A stretch of DNA of 63,699 bases, counting the filler, from Craspedostauros australis (lineage: Eukaryota): the NCBI GenBank assembly GCA_030167865.1. It is 9 parts of 9 records of this genome, joined end to end, with 100 filler letters (N's around TTAATTAATTAA, not from the genome) between each part and the next. Parts side by side here need not be neighbours in the genome. Positions count along the whole stretch, not along the records: positions 1 to 26,623 come from JALAGF010003969.1; 8 more parts are not named here. One strand, 5' to 3'. A model generated the notes under the pieces. The model searched no databases, was not told the origin of the DNA, and was given only the letters and a program-made list of their open reading frames with translations. Of this stretch, positions 9,347-21,500 are shown in pieces. Position 1 is the stretch's first letter, and each line of letters begins with the position of its first letter. A program made the position numbers and the translations under genes.

Positions 9347-12300
9347 ATGGACGACGACGATCTCGTGTACATCGATGATGACGATGATCACAACCATGCC
9401 GGGAGTGGCATTGGCAACAGCCATAATCACATGAACAACACCAACAACAACAGCAACAACACCACCAACAACAACAACAACAGCAACATGAACGGTAGCC
9501 ACTTCACTTCCCCCTCCATCATGGAGGAACCGTCAATGCAGCTCGCTTCAGAACGAGCAGCCAGCTCTGCCATTGCGGACGATGAAGCCATCAAGGCACG
9601 CGAACGCGCGATGCGAGCCACGGCCATGGCCGGTCCCACTGGAGGACCAGCACTCTCCTTCCAAAGCACCACCATCAGCGCTTCGTCTGCCACCTCGACC
9701 ACGATGGCTTCGGCCATGGCCACTTCTGGTCCCGCACTCGTCGCGGGATCCATGCAGCTGGCGCCCGGTCTGGTGATGGCGAGCGCCACTCTTCCCGCCA
9801 CATCTGCACCATCACCTGGAGCCGTGAGCGTTGGTGCTGCTGCGGTTGCTCCGGCTGCGAACGCAACAACAACAGCAACAACAGCAGAACTGGACCGAGC
9901 CAGCGCTCACCAACAAACAGATGCCGAAATCAAGGCGCAGATCCGTGCCAGTCGCAACACCACAGGAGCCATGCGTGTGGGGGCCGTCTCGGTCTCGTCC
10001 TCGCGGTCTTCCGCTGCCAACAGCGTCGGCGCGATGTCACGCGGCAGCAACACCAGCACCATGTCTGCGAGATCGTCTGCACGAGCCGAGAAGTTGGCGC
10101 TGCGTGACGGAGGCCGGTATTCCGGTCGCCCAGGCGGCGCACCATCATCCGCGCAAGTCGGTGCCATGTCAGTGCCTGGCGGATACGAAAGCCACGATGG
10201 TGATGACAACAACGCTGCGCGAGCATCCCAGGTCACCACTGAGGACCTGGCCAAGATGTCCCCCAACTCCCGTCGAGAGCACCAAGACGCTGTCGCCAAG
10301 TCCAGGGCGCGACGTGCTGCGCGCCGCCTCAACAACAATGGAAACGGTGCAGGCAGCGCCAGCAGCGCCATGAATCAGCGCAACACCAGCGTCACGAGCA
10401 CCATGAGCGGCAGCGTGGCAAGTGCCTTCAACAGCACCGTCGTGAGCCAGCAGCCAGGCAATGCGGAGCCATCGGACGAATACGCAGGCGTGCGTCCAGT
10501 CACCACATCCTCCGTCAACAGACGAACCCTCTCGCGTGACGAGATGGACCGTCAGGCGAAACTCCGTGCGAGTCAGGGCGCAGCATCCGCCGCAACTCCG
10601 ATGCCACCACCATCGTACAGCATGAAGCAGAATGCCGACGCCGCCGCAACCGTCGCACCAGTCACCACCTCGTCCATGCGGAACAGCGAGACGACGCAAG
10701 AACAACGTGATCGCCACGAAAAGATGCGTGCAAGCGCAGGCGCGACTGGACAGGCGACCATGCGTCCTGGGGCCATTTCTGTCGGACCCATGGTATCGGA
10801 CGGAGATGCGGATGCATCCAACGGCCACGCCAGTCCCAACATGAAGGGGTCTGCAAAGGGCGCTGCATCGTCCTTCACCTCTCGTCGCGACAGATCTGGC
10901 CGCCGTGGCGGTTCTGGGGCTGGCGCCGGTGGCGGTTCTGTCGCCATGAATGATGACGCTTCCGTCATGACTTCTTCCACTTCCGTGTCTGGGGCCCGAT
11001 CCGTGTCGAACAGTCAGGCCATGGCCTTGGAAGAGCGCGCGCGGCGCAAGGTGGAGGCAGCCTCCAATGCCATCGGACGTGGCAGCCGTCATCGCTTGCA
11101 ACACGGTTCAACTCATTCAGCTTCTGCTGCATCGCAGCCAGACGACTCTCACGCGACCATCAGCGCAGTCACAACCATGTCCACTTCAGCCCGCCCGGCG
11201 TCGTCATCCTCTATCACGTCGCTGACGATGGAGCAACAGCAGGAGAAGCGTCTGCAGGACAAGCTCGCGCAGATGGATCCCCAACGTGCTTCGGCATCCG
11301 CCGGCGGCATGCAAGCAGCTTCGAAGAACATCAGCCCGAAAGGTGCCAACGCGATTACCGAAGCCATGGGGTACTACGACAAGTCTGCACCAGGCAAGCC
11401 ATCGGCAACATCCAACGAAGCGCCGCATGACGAGCTGGCGCACAGGCTCAACACCAAGATGGCCCAGCTGGAGCAGCAGCAAGCCGAAAACGAGAACCGC
11501 GCTCACAGCAGTCGCCCGGAGCAGCATTCGGATGCTCAGTTCGCATCACTCACGATGAAGAAGTCGCACGATGAAGAAGATCCGCTGAAGCAAGACAACG
11601 GCGATGGATACGGCGGCGGCGCGATGGGTGCCGTCGATGGGCCCCATGTCGAGACCATGGGAACGCACGGTGGTTACAACTCGGCCATGCCTGCAGGCAT
11701 CACGACTACGGCGGACCGCGGTATGGCCTCCGCACCAGCGGTGGAGTACGGCGAGATGCAAATGCCCATGCTCGGTGACGACCAGCTTGCCGTTGCCATC
11801 GCTATCGAGGAGGATGAGGAGGAAACAAAGTACCTCCCCGCAGCCATCGAGTACATGCCCGACGCCAAACCCCCGATGTACAAGAACCGCCGAGTTCAGC
11901 TCTACACCATCGGCGGCGTGCTGACCTGCCTGACGGTCATCCTGCTCATTCTCATCGTCGTTGTGTTCTTGCCAAGCGACGACAGCACCCAGAGCGCCGA
12001 GAAGAAAATCGACACACTGAGCACCTTGCCACCAACGCAGGCCCCAACCACAACGAAGGATCGCGAGATCCGTTTGGTTCTGTCTCGCTTTATTGGTGAG
12101 AAGGTGTACGAGGAAGGCACACCGCACCATCAGGCCGCCACGTGGTTGGTGGAAGAAGATCCGATGCAGCTCAGCATCACGAGCGGAAACTTCTTCCAGC
12201 GATACATGCTGGCCTTCTTCTACTTCTCCACGACAAACGGTGGAACCACCAAGTGGAGGTCTTGCGGCAAGGCAGATGAGGGAGAAGATGACACTTGCGT

Positions 12301-14021
12301 GTTCCAGGAAATCAAGCGTGACGAGAATGACAACATCGCGTTCTCTCCCGTCCCAGGCAGGACTCGGTGGTTGAGTGGGGCATTCGAATGCTCGTGGCAG
12401 GGCATCAATTGTGGACCAAACCCACAGAGCACGACCGCGTTTGCAATCAGACTATGTAAGTATTTGTGCACAAGCGTGGTAACGAACCATCATCGTGGGG
12501 GTGCAACTTTGTGGCGGAGATCTGCCTGTACAATTGGAGCTTGTGGCTTCATCATGATGCTTCCTTGTCTCTGTTGGTCACATGCCCGACACACAAAAAA
12601 GCAATCAAGCGCACCCAAACTTCGCCGTTCACTGCCGCAACCCGCTCATTCCTCCACCTTTCAATTCATTTATTCGTTTACTTTGTCGCATATCGACTCG
12701 GTCACCCGCCGCCGTCGTATCCCCCTTCTTGATTCATGACGTGCGCAATGCAGTCGGTCAAAACCTCACTGGAACCCTGCCGTCCGAGTTGGCCAAGTTT
12801 CCCACTTTGCAGAGCATCGCGCTAGGGTACAACGACCTCCGCGGGACGCTGCCGACGGAATACGCAGCAATGCCGTATTTGGGAAACCTCGAGCTGCACG
12901 GAAACATGCTGACAGGCCAGATTCCAGAGATTTACTACGAAGCTGACGGCACTCTGTCGAACTTCAACGTCGGAGACAACATGCTGGATGGAACGATCAG
13001 CACGCAGCTTGGTCGGCTCACAGGTTTGAAGGGATATCACCTCTTCCAGAACAATTTTCACGGTCCCATCCCAACCGAGATCGGAAAGCTCCGGTCGCTT
13101 GCATTTTCGAGATTGGGATTCAACGATTTCGATGGAAATATCCCCACCGAGATCGGTCGCTTGACACAACTTAACGAGTTGTGGCTTCAGTCGACAAAGA
13201 TGGAAGGTACGTTCTTACATGTGTTTTTTTTTTTGCGCGCATCTGAACGAGTGAATACTGGTAGTTCGGCACTCTGTGCGTGCGTGGGTGTACTCGTACG
13301 CGGCCACACAAGCAAGGAGGCAGATGACCGAACTGTTGCTGGAGTATGGCGTTGTATCGGCGGCATGCTTGCCGCGCATTGCACTTCCAGGCATACCAAC
13401 ACATCCTCGCACCGTACACCACCATACGCACGTACATCTCATGTTTATCTCTCCACACCGTGGCTACCATCTTCCGTTTTCCTCCGTTTCGGTCCGTGGA
13501 TTGTGATCATCGACGGAACGCTCATCTCCGACGCAATCAACCAATCGACAGGAACCATCCCATCCGAAATTGGCCGATTGGTGCGAGTGACAGATCTTCG
13601 TATCGGAGAGTCGCCGAAGATCAACGGCAAGATCCCGGATGAGCTGTTCAACTTGAACAGACTGACCTTCCTGTTGTTGGAAGCGAATGATCTGACTGGG
13701 AGTTTGAGCCCCCTCGTCGGCAGGTTGGGATTGTTGCAAGCGCTCCGGGTGAGCAGAAACCGCTTGACCGGGCAAATTCCATCTGAGCTCGGGCAAATTT
13801 TCCCCTTGAGATTGGCTTGGTTGCATCTGAATGATATGGTGGGTTCCATGCCAACGGAAATTTGCGAGGCCCACGACGACAAGCCCGACCGTTTTGAGTT
13901 CCTTCAGACGGACTGCAATCCCACCGAAGACCCCGCGATCCCATGCGAATGCTGTTCCGCATGCTGCGATCGCGCTACACGGCTGTGCTTACTGGCCGAT
14001 GGTGACGAAATCGATGCTTGA
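9347..14021 (+). CDS. Single-pass (type II) membrane LRR receptor-like protein, 3 exons (9347-12455, 12754-13206, 13552-14021)
   Basis: Disordered N-terminus, one TM (LYTIGGVLTCLTVILLILIVVVFL), cap (AATWL...QRYMLAFFYF...CSWQGINC), plant-type LRRs (LxxNxLxGxIPxEIGxL) and Cys-rich C-cap (DC...CECCSACC). Introns GTAAGT..CAG 12456-12753 and GTACGT..CAG 13207-13551 restore AIRLFGQNLTG and KMEGTIPSEIG. Confidence 0.88.
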
Positions 14022-14768
14022 AGAGCAGCGTGTGTGGGAGGGAGAGAGAGTAGGGCATGGCAGGACAGGGGCAGAGCGAAATGACACAATATCCGCACAA
14101 AAGGCTGCAACGTTATGGCCAATTCAACTGCATCAGGAAACTAGACGGCCGCAAGCCGAGAAGAGCAAGTCAACGGTCCGTACAGACTCAGAGCGATGCG
14201 GGCATGCATGCCCAAGGAGACATGCGAGCATTAGGATTAACAACTGTACAAGTATAAGTACACGAATATTTGCATTGATTGCATTTCGCAAACAATGATA
14301 CGAGAATGTTCGAGTGGTGTGATGTGATGTGATGTGGTGCTCATCGGTCGTGCTGTTGGGGGCGCTCTGCCAAATTGCAGCAGGAACATTCCTGTCTTAC
14401 TCTTGTTCGAGGACGATGGCGGCAGGAGCATTCGTATTGGTGGAACGGATGGATGGAGGAGGCGCAGAGCAGGCGACAGCAGGCGTCCTTGGCGTTTGCT
14501 GTGTTGCGCTGCAGTTGCCATCTTGGGGACATGCGGCAGTCTCCTTACGTCGGGCGAGAGAGGCAATCGCAGACGAGAATGTTCCAGACGAGCATTTCCC
14601 AGAGTGAGATAGAGATAGAGAAGGAGTGTCCAAACTCTACACAGGCCCACCACGTTTGCGCCGTCGCGAAGAGTATCCAAACAAGTGAGGAATACAATTG
14701 CCTCCTTTCCCAACGGATGACCACGAATTAGTCGAACGAATCAATGGATGGAATGACCTGACTTCGTA

Positions 14769-15317
14769 TCATCGCGCACGGAGGTGCCTTGACACATGAT
14801 GGGTTTCCCGTTTTCGCTTTTCGCGGAGTTCCATCCAAACGACGTTGGCGAACATCCGAAGCAGAAGGATCACACAGAAAATGAACGCAACGCGAAAGAT
14901 CATCCGAATACGCGGTGTCCGTGTTGCATCGTTCAACACTTCACATGCGAAAGTCGAGCAGCCGCCATACACGAAGGGCCGCAAGAGCAAGAGCAACGGG
15001 AGGAGGAGACAACCTTTGATAGTTGCTACCAGTCCCAACAACCCACACGTTGTTGTTGACAGCATCGCTGCAGATCTTGCTTCCGACGCTGAACGCTGCA
15101 GATCTTGGGACTGAAGCGGAGGTCTCCACCTGCATCCGAGGAACGGAGAGACGAGATTCATCTCTGTTGCTTCGTGCTGCTCGGTATTCGTTGCCATCAC
15201 GCACTCGCACGTGCACAACGGCCTTGCGTCGGCTTCGATCGGACCACGCTGGAGCGACAGTATTGGTGCACCGGATTGCATCCGAGGGCCATCACAAGAT
15301 CTTGACGAACCCATCAA
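14769..15317 (-). CDS. Possible small membrane protein (doubtful)
   Basis: 182-aa ORF with two hydrophobic stretches (GLLGLVATIKGCLLLPLLLLL; MIFRVAFIFCVILLL) and no recognised domain. Confidence 0.2.
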   Translation of the reverse strand: MMGSSRSCDGPRMQSGAPILSLQRGPIEADARPLCTCECVMATNTEQHEATEMNLVSPFLGCRWRPPLQSQDLQRSASEARSAAMLSTTTCGLLGLVATIKGCLLLPLLLLLRPFVYGGCSTFACEVLNDATRTPRIRMIFRVAFIFCVILLLRMFANVVWMELREKRKRETHHVSRHLRAR

Positions 15318-15324
15318 AGAATCG

Positions 15325-15482
15325 TTCAGTTGAGTTCAGTTGAGTTGAGTTGAGTTGGAGACGCACATAGTCGTACTATACGTACATACTGTACGTACAT
15401 ACTGTACGTACATATTCGTGCAAGTGGTCGAGGCGCCACCACCACACTACATCACACTACATCACATCACACTACATCACAC
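15325..15482. repeat. Cluster of short tandem repeats upstream of the giant ORF
   Basis: (GAGTT)n-like run, about 3 copies of TACGTACATACTG at 15379-15414, and CACACTACAT repeats. Confidence 0.75.
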
Positions 15483-15528
15483 CAGCAACAATAACAGATC
15501 ATCGACAACCCAATCAACACGAAAGAGC

Positions 15529-18500
15529 ATGTCGGTGACGTCGCAGCAGCACCAGCTGCGCAAGCTGAGCAACCAGGAGGCCGACCGGCTGCGCAATCTA
15601 GAGGGCACCTACTTGGAACCGCTGCCCAACCCAGATGACATCCCCGACGCCTTCATCCAGAACGAGCTCTTCAACTTCCTGGAGGACTTTGACAAATCCT
15701 GGAACGGCACGAAACGCCGGCGGCTGCTCGATCTGCACGTCACGTCCCTCACCAAGTACCACAACAAGTATGTCGTGCAGCAGGAGATCGTGGAGGAACG
15801 CGACTTCTGGCAGCGGTACCTCTTCCGTTGCGACGAGAATCGCATCATCCGCTTCCTCGAACGCCGCCAGAAGAAGATGAGGCGGGCCAAGCCATCCTCG
15901 TTGCGCAGCACGGAGAGCGGCATCATCGGCACGACCGTCGGTCACGCCAACGAGGCCAAGAGCGTGCAGAGCTTCATCACGGAATTCGACGAGGACGAGT
16001 CGGATTACTCATCCGGATCGGATGAGGATGATGATATCGATGATGACATCGATGAAGATCAATCCGCCGTTGCGGCACCCAGCGTGGGAATGTCCTTGAG
16101 GGACCGCATGTCGCTGTACAAGCAGGCGACGGGCAAGCCCGATGGTGAAGATGCCAATCCGCAGCAGACACAGGATGACGGAGCCATGATGATCAGCGAC
16201 GGCGAAGAGGAAGAGGATGGCAGCGAAGATGATTATGACATGGAATCCGATGAGACATCTTCCAACAGCAGCGACGGCAATCAACCGGGCGGCACCGTGC
16301 AGGAGCGATTGTCCAAGTACAAGCGCAAGGCCAAGAAGTCGGCCAAAAAGAAGGCGGCTCGGACCGTGCCTAACGTGGATGACTTTGCAGACTCCGTGTC
16401 CAATCGTCGCGAGAACTACAATGTCACGTCGTCCACTGGCGACATCGATCATCATCACGAGAACCGGGGCAAATCATCCATGTCAGCAAGCGACGGAGAT
16501 CCGGACGCGATCAACGTCTCCAGAGAATCCCTCGAATCCATGGAAGCCATTGACGAAAGTCGCTCGGTCAAGTCAGGCAAAAGCCGTGTCACCAAGTCGG
16601 GACGCAAAATCAAGGGCATTGCGGAGGAAGCCGAGCACAGGCGGCAGCAACGCGAAACCTACACGGTCCCCATCCAACAACAGTCATCCACTGCAGCGGC
16701 ATCATCACCCGACAATGCCAAGGACGCCGAAGATCACATCCTGCAACAGGATACGTCGGATTTCTTGCTCAACTTTCGCAAGCAGTGGACTGCGCAGCAG
16801 GAACAGCGCGACGAAACCTTGGAGCACCATCCCGACACTGTCGGTCAATTCTACACGGAGCTGGTCGTCGAAGGCGAGGAGGTCCCCGAACGTGAATTCT
16901 GGGAACGGTACCACTTCCGCTGCGACGAGCAACGCATTCTCAAGGAATTCCAACGCGCCGAACGTAAACGCGCGCTCGTCAAGAGCATCAAGAAGCAGAA
17001 GAAGATGAAGTACGACGAATTCGGTGAGCCCATCTTGATGGACATCAACGGCAAAGACGATGATTCCGATATGGATGACGAAGGCGTCCTGCCATCGCCA
17101 ACGCGCATCAAGAAGTTCTTGGACGTTTCCAAGGACGAGGCGCTGAAATCCAACGTCTCGCTGGAGGTGCGCAAGACGGATTACGTCCAGGAATCCAACA
17201 ACCAAGACATCAAGAAGACGATCGACGTCACGTCCGAAGAAGTTCTCATCAAGGAAAATCGAACGCTGCAGGAGCGCATGGATACATTGACCACAACCGC
17301 GACGGCGCCGCCGCCTCCCAAGAAGATCGTCGATCCCAACCAGGATGAAGCGCTCAAACAGAATCTCTCCTTGCAGCAACGCAAGGAGGCGTTGGAGGCG
17401 CAGAATGCGGACCGCAGCGCCTCGCAAACGATTGACGATGACAAGGAGCCGCAAGAATCCACGGGGCGTCGCGGTCAGTACGCTGGGGCTGCAGTGGCGG
17501 TCGGCGCAGCTGCGCTCGCGACAGGTGCCGTTGTCAGCGGCATGGCGGATGGATCACAATCGGAGGATAGCGGTGATAGTGACAGCGACAGCGACAGCGA
17601 CAGTGAAGACGTGGATGTCTCTGTCGTGTTTTCATCCGATGGCGATGAGCAGGATGACATGAGCAATGAGGATGGCGATGACAACGGTGATAGCGATGAT
17701 GTCGGCACCACAGAGTCATCTCAAGATCTCGTCGATGCTATTCCCAAGCAACTGTCGGAAATGCAAGGCCAGGAAGCTGCCGACGATGACGAACACCCCA
17801 AAGAGCGAATTCTCTATGCTAATATACCAAAGGATATCTCGCACGATGACACTGTTGACAACGACAGCAACAAGAACAATGACATGACTGACGAAGGCAA
17901 CAACGACAATGCGACCAGCTCCGTCGATGTGTCCGTGGAATTCAGCGATAGCACGAAAGAAGACACCATGGGAGTCGAAACAGGAATGAACGGCGGCGAA
18001 GAAGAGCCGGCCGAGTCAGGGTTCCAAGAACGGATCATCTTTGCCAACGTCCCAAAAACCACTGATGAAGACGAGGAAGGCACAGCAGAATCGCCCGCAG
18101 AAGAGAAGGATGAAACTCCAAATGTCACTGCAGAAACAGATGCGGATGCTCAATCGGATGACGGAGGTGCAGACGTAGATGACGATGAAGATGAAGACGG
18201 AGCCGAAGATGAAAGCGCCAGCGTAAGCGTAAGCGTAAGCACTGACTACGATGCTGATGCCGATGCCGATGTCCAAAGCAAGAGCGAAGCTGGCGACGTT
18301 GAAGGTTCTGGCAACGATGTCTCACAGGAGTCTGACGATGCCGAAGAATCCGCTGCAATGGAAGACGCCGCAGATAATGAGGAAAGTACAGCAAAGGTGG
18401 ACGATTCGACGAAGGGAGCGATCGACGTGGGGGTTGACGATGTGAGTGACAGCGCGGGAGAACCGGATGATGCAGCGTCCCCCTCACAAGAAGAGATAGT

Positions 18501-21500
18501 AGAAGCCGATGAGACGAAAGGAGATGAGTCTTCGACAGACGAAAATAATGGCCCAACTGTGCCCGCTGAGACTGCTCCAATCGATGACACACCAGATCGA
18601 TCAAGCGAGGACATGCAATATGGGTCGGATGATCAATCGGATCATCAAGCATCAGCGGCGGATACGCAGGATGATACAGATGACGAGGAAGTCAATAGAG
18701 CAACCGAGGATGCACGAGGCGACGACGATGCACTAGACGCAGCAGCTGATCCTGTCGAAGACGAATCGGAGGACATGGCGGCAGACACAGAGGATGATGC
18801 CAGCGAAAACGCGCAGAGCAGTGCTGCTGAAGACGACAGTGAAGGCGAAGAGGCAATGTCCGTGGACAACGAAGCTGACGATGGGCAAGACGACCCATCC
18901 GATAATGATGGACAACGCCCCATCGACGATGCACAGACCAATGAAGTTGAAAGTGCGAATGATGACGGAGCCTCAGGCACACAAGACAACACGGATGATG
19001 GGACAGACGATGCTGCAGCTGACATAGCAGTTGAAAGTCTGTCAGTTGACGAAGCAAACGAGGCAGAAAATAACGCAGCGCCTACAACACCCACCACCGA
19101 CGACGAGCAAGCCGAAGGCAGCCAGGATCAAGACCGCGATGATGATGACGATCGGACCGAAGTTGTTGGAAATCATGACGGCGGACAAAACGACAAAAGC
19201 GACGACGACGATGATGCAAAGGATAACGATGTTGACGAAACCAACGCGCCAGTTGAAACTCTTCAGGATGCACCGAAGGATCACGACGAAATCAACAACG
19301 ACAATGGTGATGTTGAAGAAAGTCATGCGAGCAAGGACAATGATATCGTTTCCATATCAGCCTCTGATGATGCCAGCGACAAATCGATCGAAGAGGAAGG
19401 AAGTAGCAGCGACGAGGACCTGGGCTCTATCGATCCGGCTGACACAGCTGATGCTCAGGAAGCTGCAGGCACAAACACCGATGCAGAACAGGCTGTCACC
19501 AACGAAGCCACGATTCCACCACCGTCGCTGCCGCAACCCGCGTCTCACGATGACCCCATGGATGATGGAGAAGCGGATGACACCGAAGATCAGCAGCATC
19601 CAGCAGCCGACGCCGCAGACGCTGGTAGCAACGCTGACGATCGTGACATTGCCGCCATGGACACTGAACAGGCGGAAGCAGCTCACGATCCGGACATTGC
19701 CGAGGACACCACACCTCAACCAAGCGCGGACGATTTGCGTTCTGATGGCGAAGGCGACGGCGCGTCTGAATCGGATGGTGAAGCCAGCCAAGCCGATGAG
19801 AAGAACACCAGTGGTGAGGTAGAGCCGAAGGCCAATGCAGAGGATCAACAAGAGGCTCAGACTCAGACCCGCGCAGTCAAGCAGGAGCCAAGTAGCCTCA
19901 GAAGCACAGACGCCGGCGACGCCAAACCAGAAGGGGGAGCCGTGGAGACGGGATCCGACGAGTCGGGTATGGAGAGTGAATCTGAAGAGGAATCAGAAGA
20001 AGAGGAAGGCGAGACCGAAGAAGATTCTGAAGAGGAGTCAGGTTCCGAGTACGAAGATTCCGACGGGGATGAATCCGAGGAGTCCGAAGAGGAGAGCGAG
20101 ACCGACGACGAGGATGAGGAGAACGGCGAAGATGGATCGGTCGAAGTGCGTCTTCGTGGCACTGACGAAGGCGACAGCCAGTTGATGTCACAGAAGGACA
20201 AGCAATATGATGGCTGGACGACTGATTCAGCATCCGACAACGAATTCGATGGTTGGTTATCGAAAGCATCGGACGCGAGCAGCAACAACTTGGAAGATAG
20301 CAGCGGGGAGGAGGAGTTAAGTTCCGAGTACGAAGATGATTCAGATGATGAGGAAGATGACGACGAGGATGAGGACGATGATGATGACGATGACGAAGAA
20401 GATTCAGATGAGTACGAAGATGACGACGACGAAGACAGCATAGACAGCGATATGACCTCGACTGTACTCGAAGGCGCCGATGCCTTTGAGAGCAGGAGAA
20501 GCCTCGCTCTGCAAACCGGCGCCAGCGCTCGCGGTGTGGCTACATCTGCTGCATTGGGCGCGTCGGCAGAGGTAAGCGAAGATGAAGGCATTATTGAAGG
20601 CGGGCTGCCGGCCGAACTCGCAGCGAAGGCTGACGATGGTGACGATGACGATGACGGCGACGGCGATGCAAAGAAGAAAAAGAAAAGGAGAGGCCTTCGC
20701 GGGTTGTTTTCGCGAAAGAACCGAAAAACCAAGAACGCCGCCCAATCTTCCGCCGAAGGTTCCTCTGAAGAACCGTCAATGGAGGGCCCAGATTTGAGCA
20801 ACGAAAGCCTCGAGGAGAGCTTTGCCAATGAAATTGAAGGCGACGATGAAATGGATACGAGCGACAACGCCATGGATGACGTCATGGACAACGCCACGGA
20901 CGACGAAGAGACAGCGGAGGATCATCCATCAGAACCGGCGAAGCGTCGGAAGAATCCTCTCAAGGCATTCGGGCGTAGATTTCGCAAGAAAGACAAGTCT
21001 GCTAGTTCTGGCGAAGAGACAGGCGGAGATGATGAGATCGACGGTGAAAGAGCGCTGGATGCCGATGCAGGCGCAGCCGCTGCCCAACCAACCACTTCAG
21101 ATTCGGGCAGTCAAGCTCATGATACCATCACCGATGGTGATGAAGATGGCGCCGACAAAGAAGATCGCCACGACGTCGATGAGAAGGCCAAGGGCGATGG
21201 TGAGGATAAGGATGATGACGAATCGATCGGCAACAAATCGCAGAGCAGCTTTGGTCGCCTCAAGAATCCGCTGAAGAAGCTCGGTCGAAGACTTGGCGGG
21301 AGGCGACGGAAAAAGGAAGCAGAATCCGAAGGCCAGGACGACGACGACGACGACGATGATGCTGGTGTTGGTGGCGCCGGCGACGATGATGCCGAAGTCG
21401 AAAACCAAGCTTCTGCCAAGCCCGAACGCTCCGACTCGAACATGAACGACGGAGACAGCAAGACTGGCCCACAGGAAGGAAAGAAAGATGGCCAAGCGAT

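Noticed and set aside
15355..15528. N-terminal extensions from non-ATG starts in the ORF track (also 9071, 32263, 35342, 42423, 54411, 57791)
   Set aside because: The track uses bacterial-style starts. The extensions translate microsatellite-rich UTR or promoter sequence.
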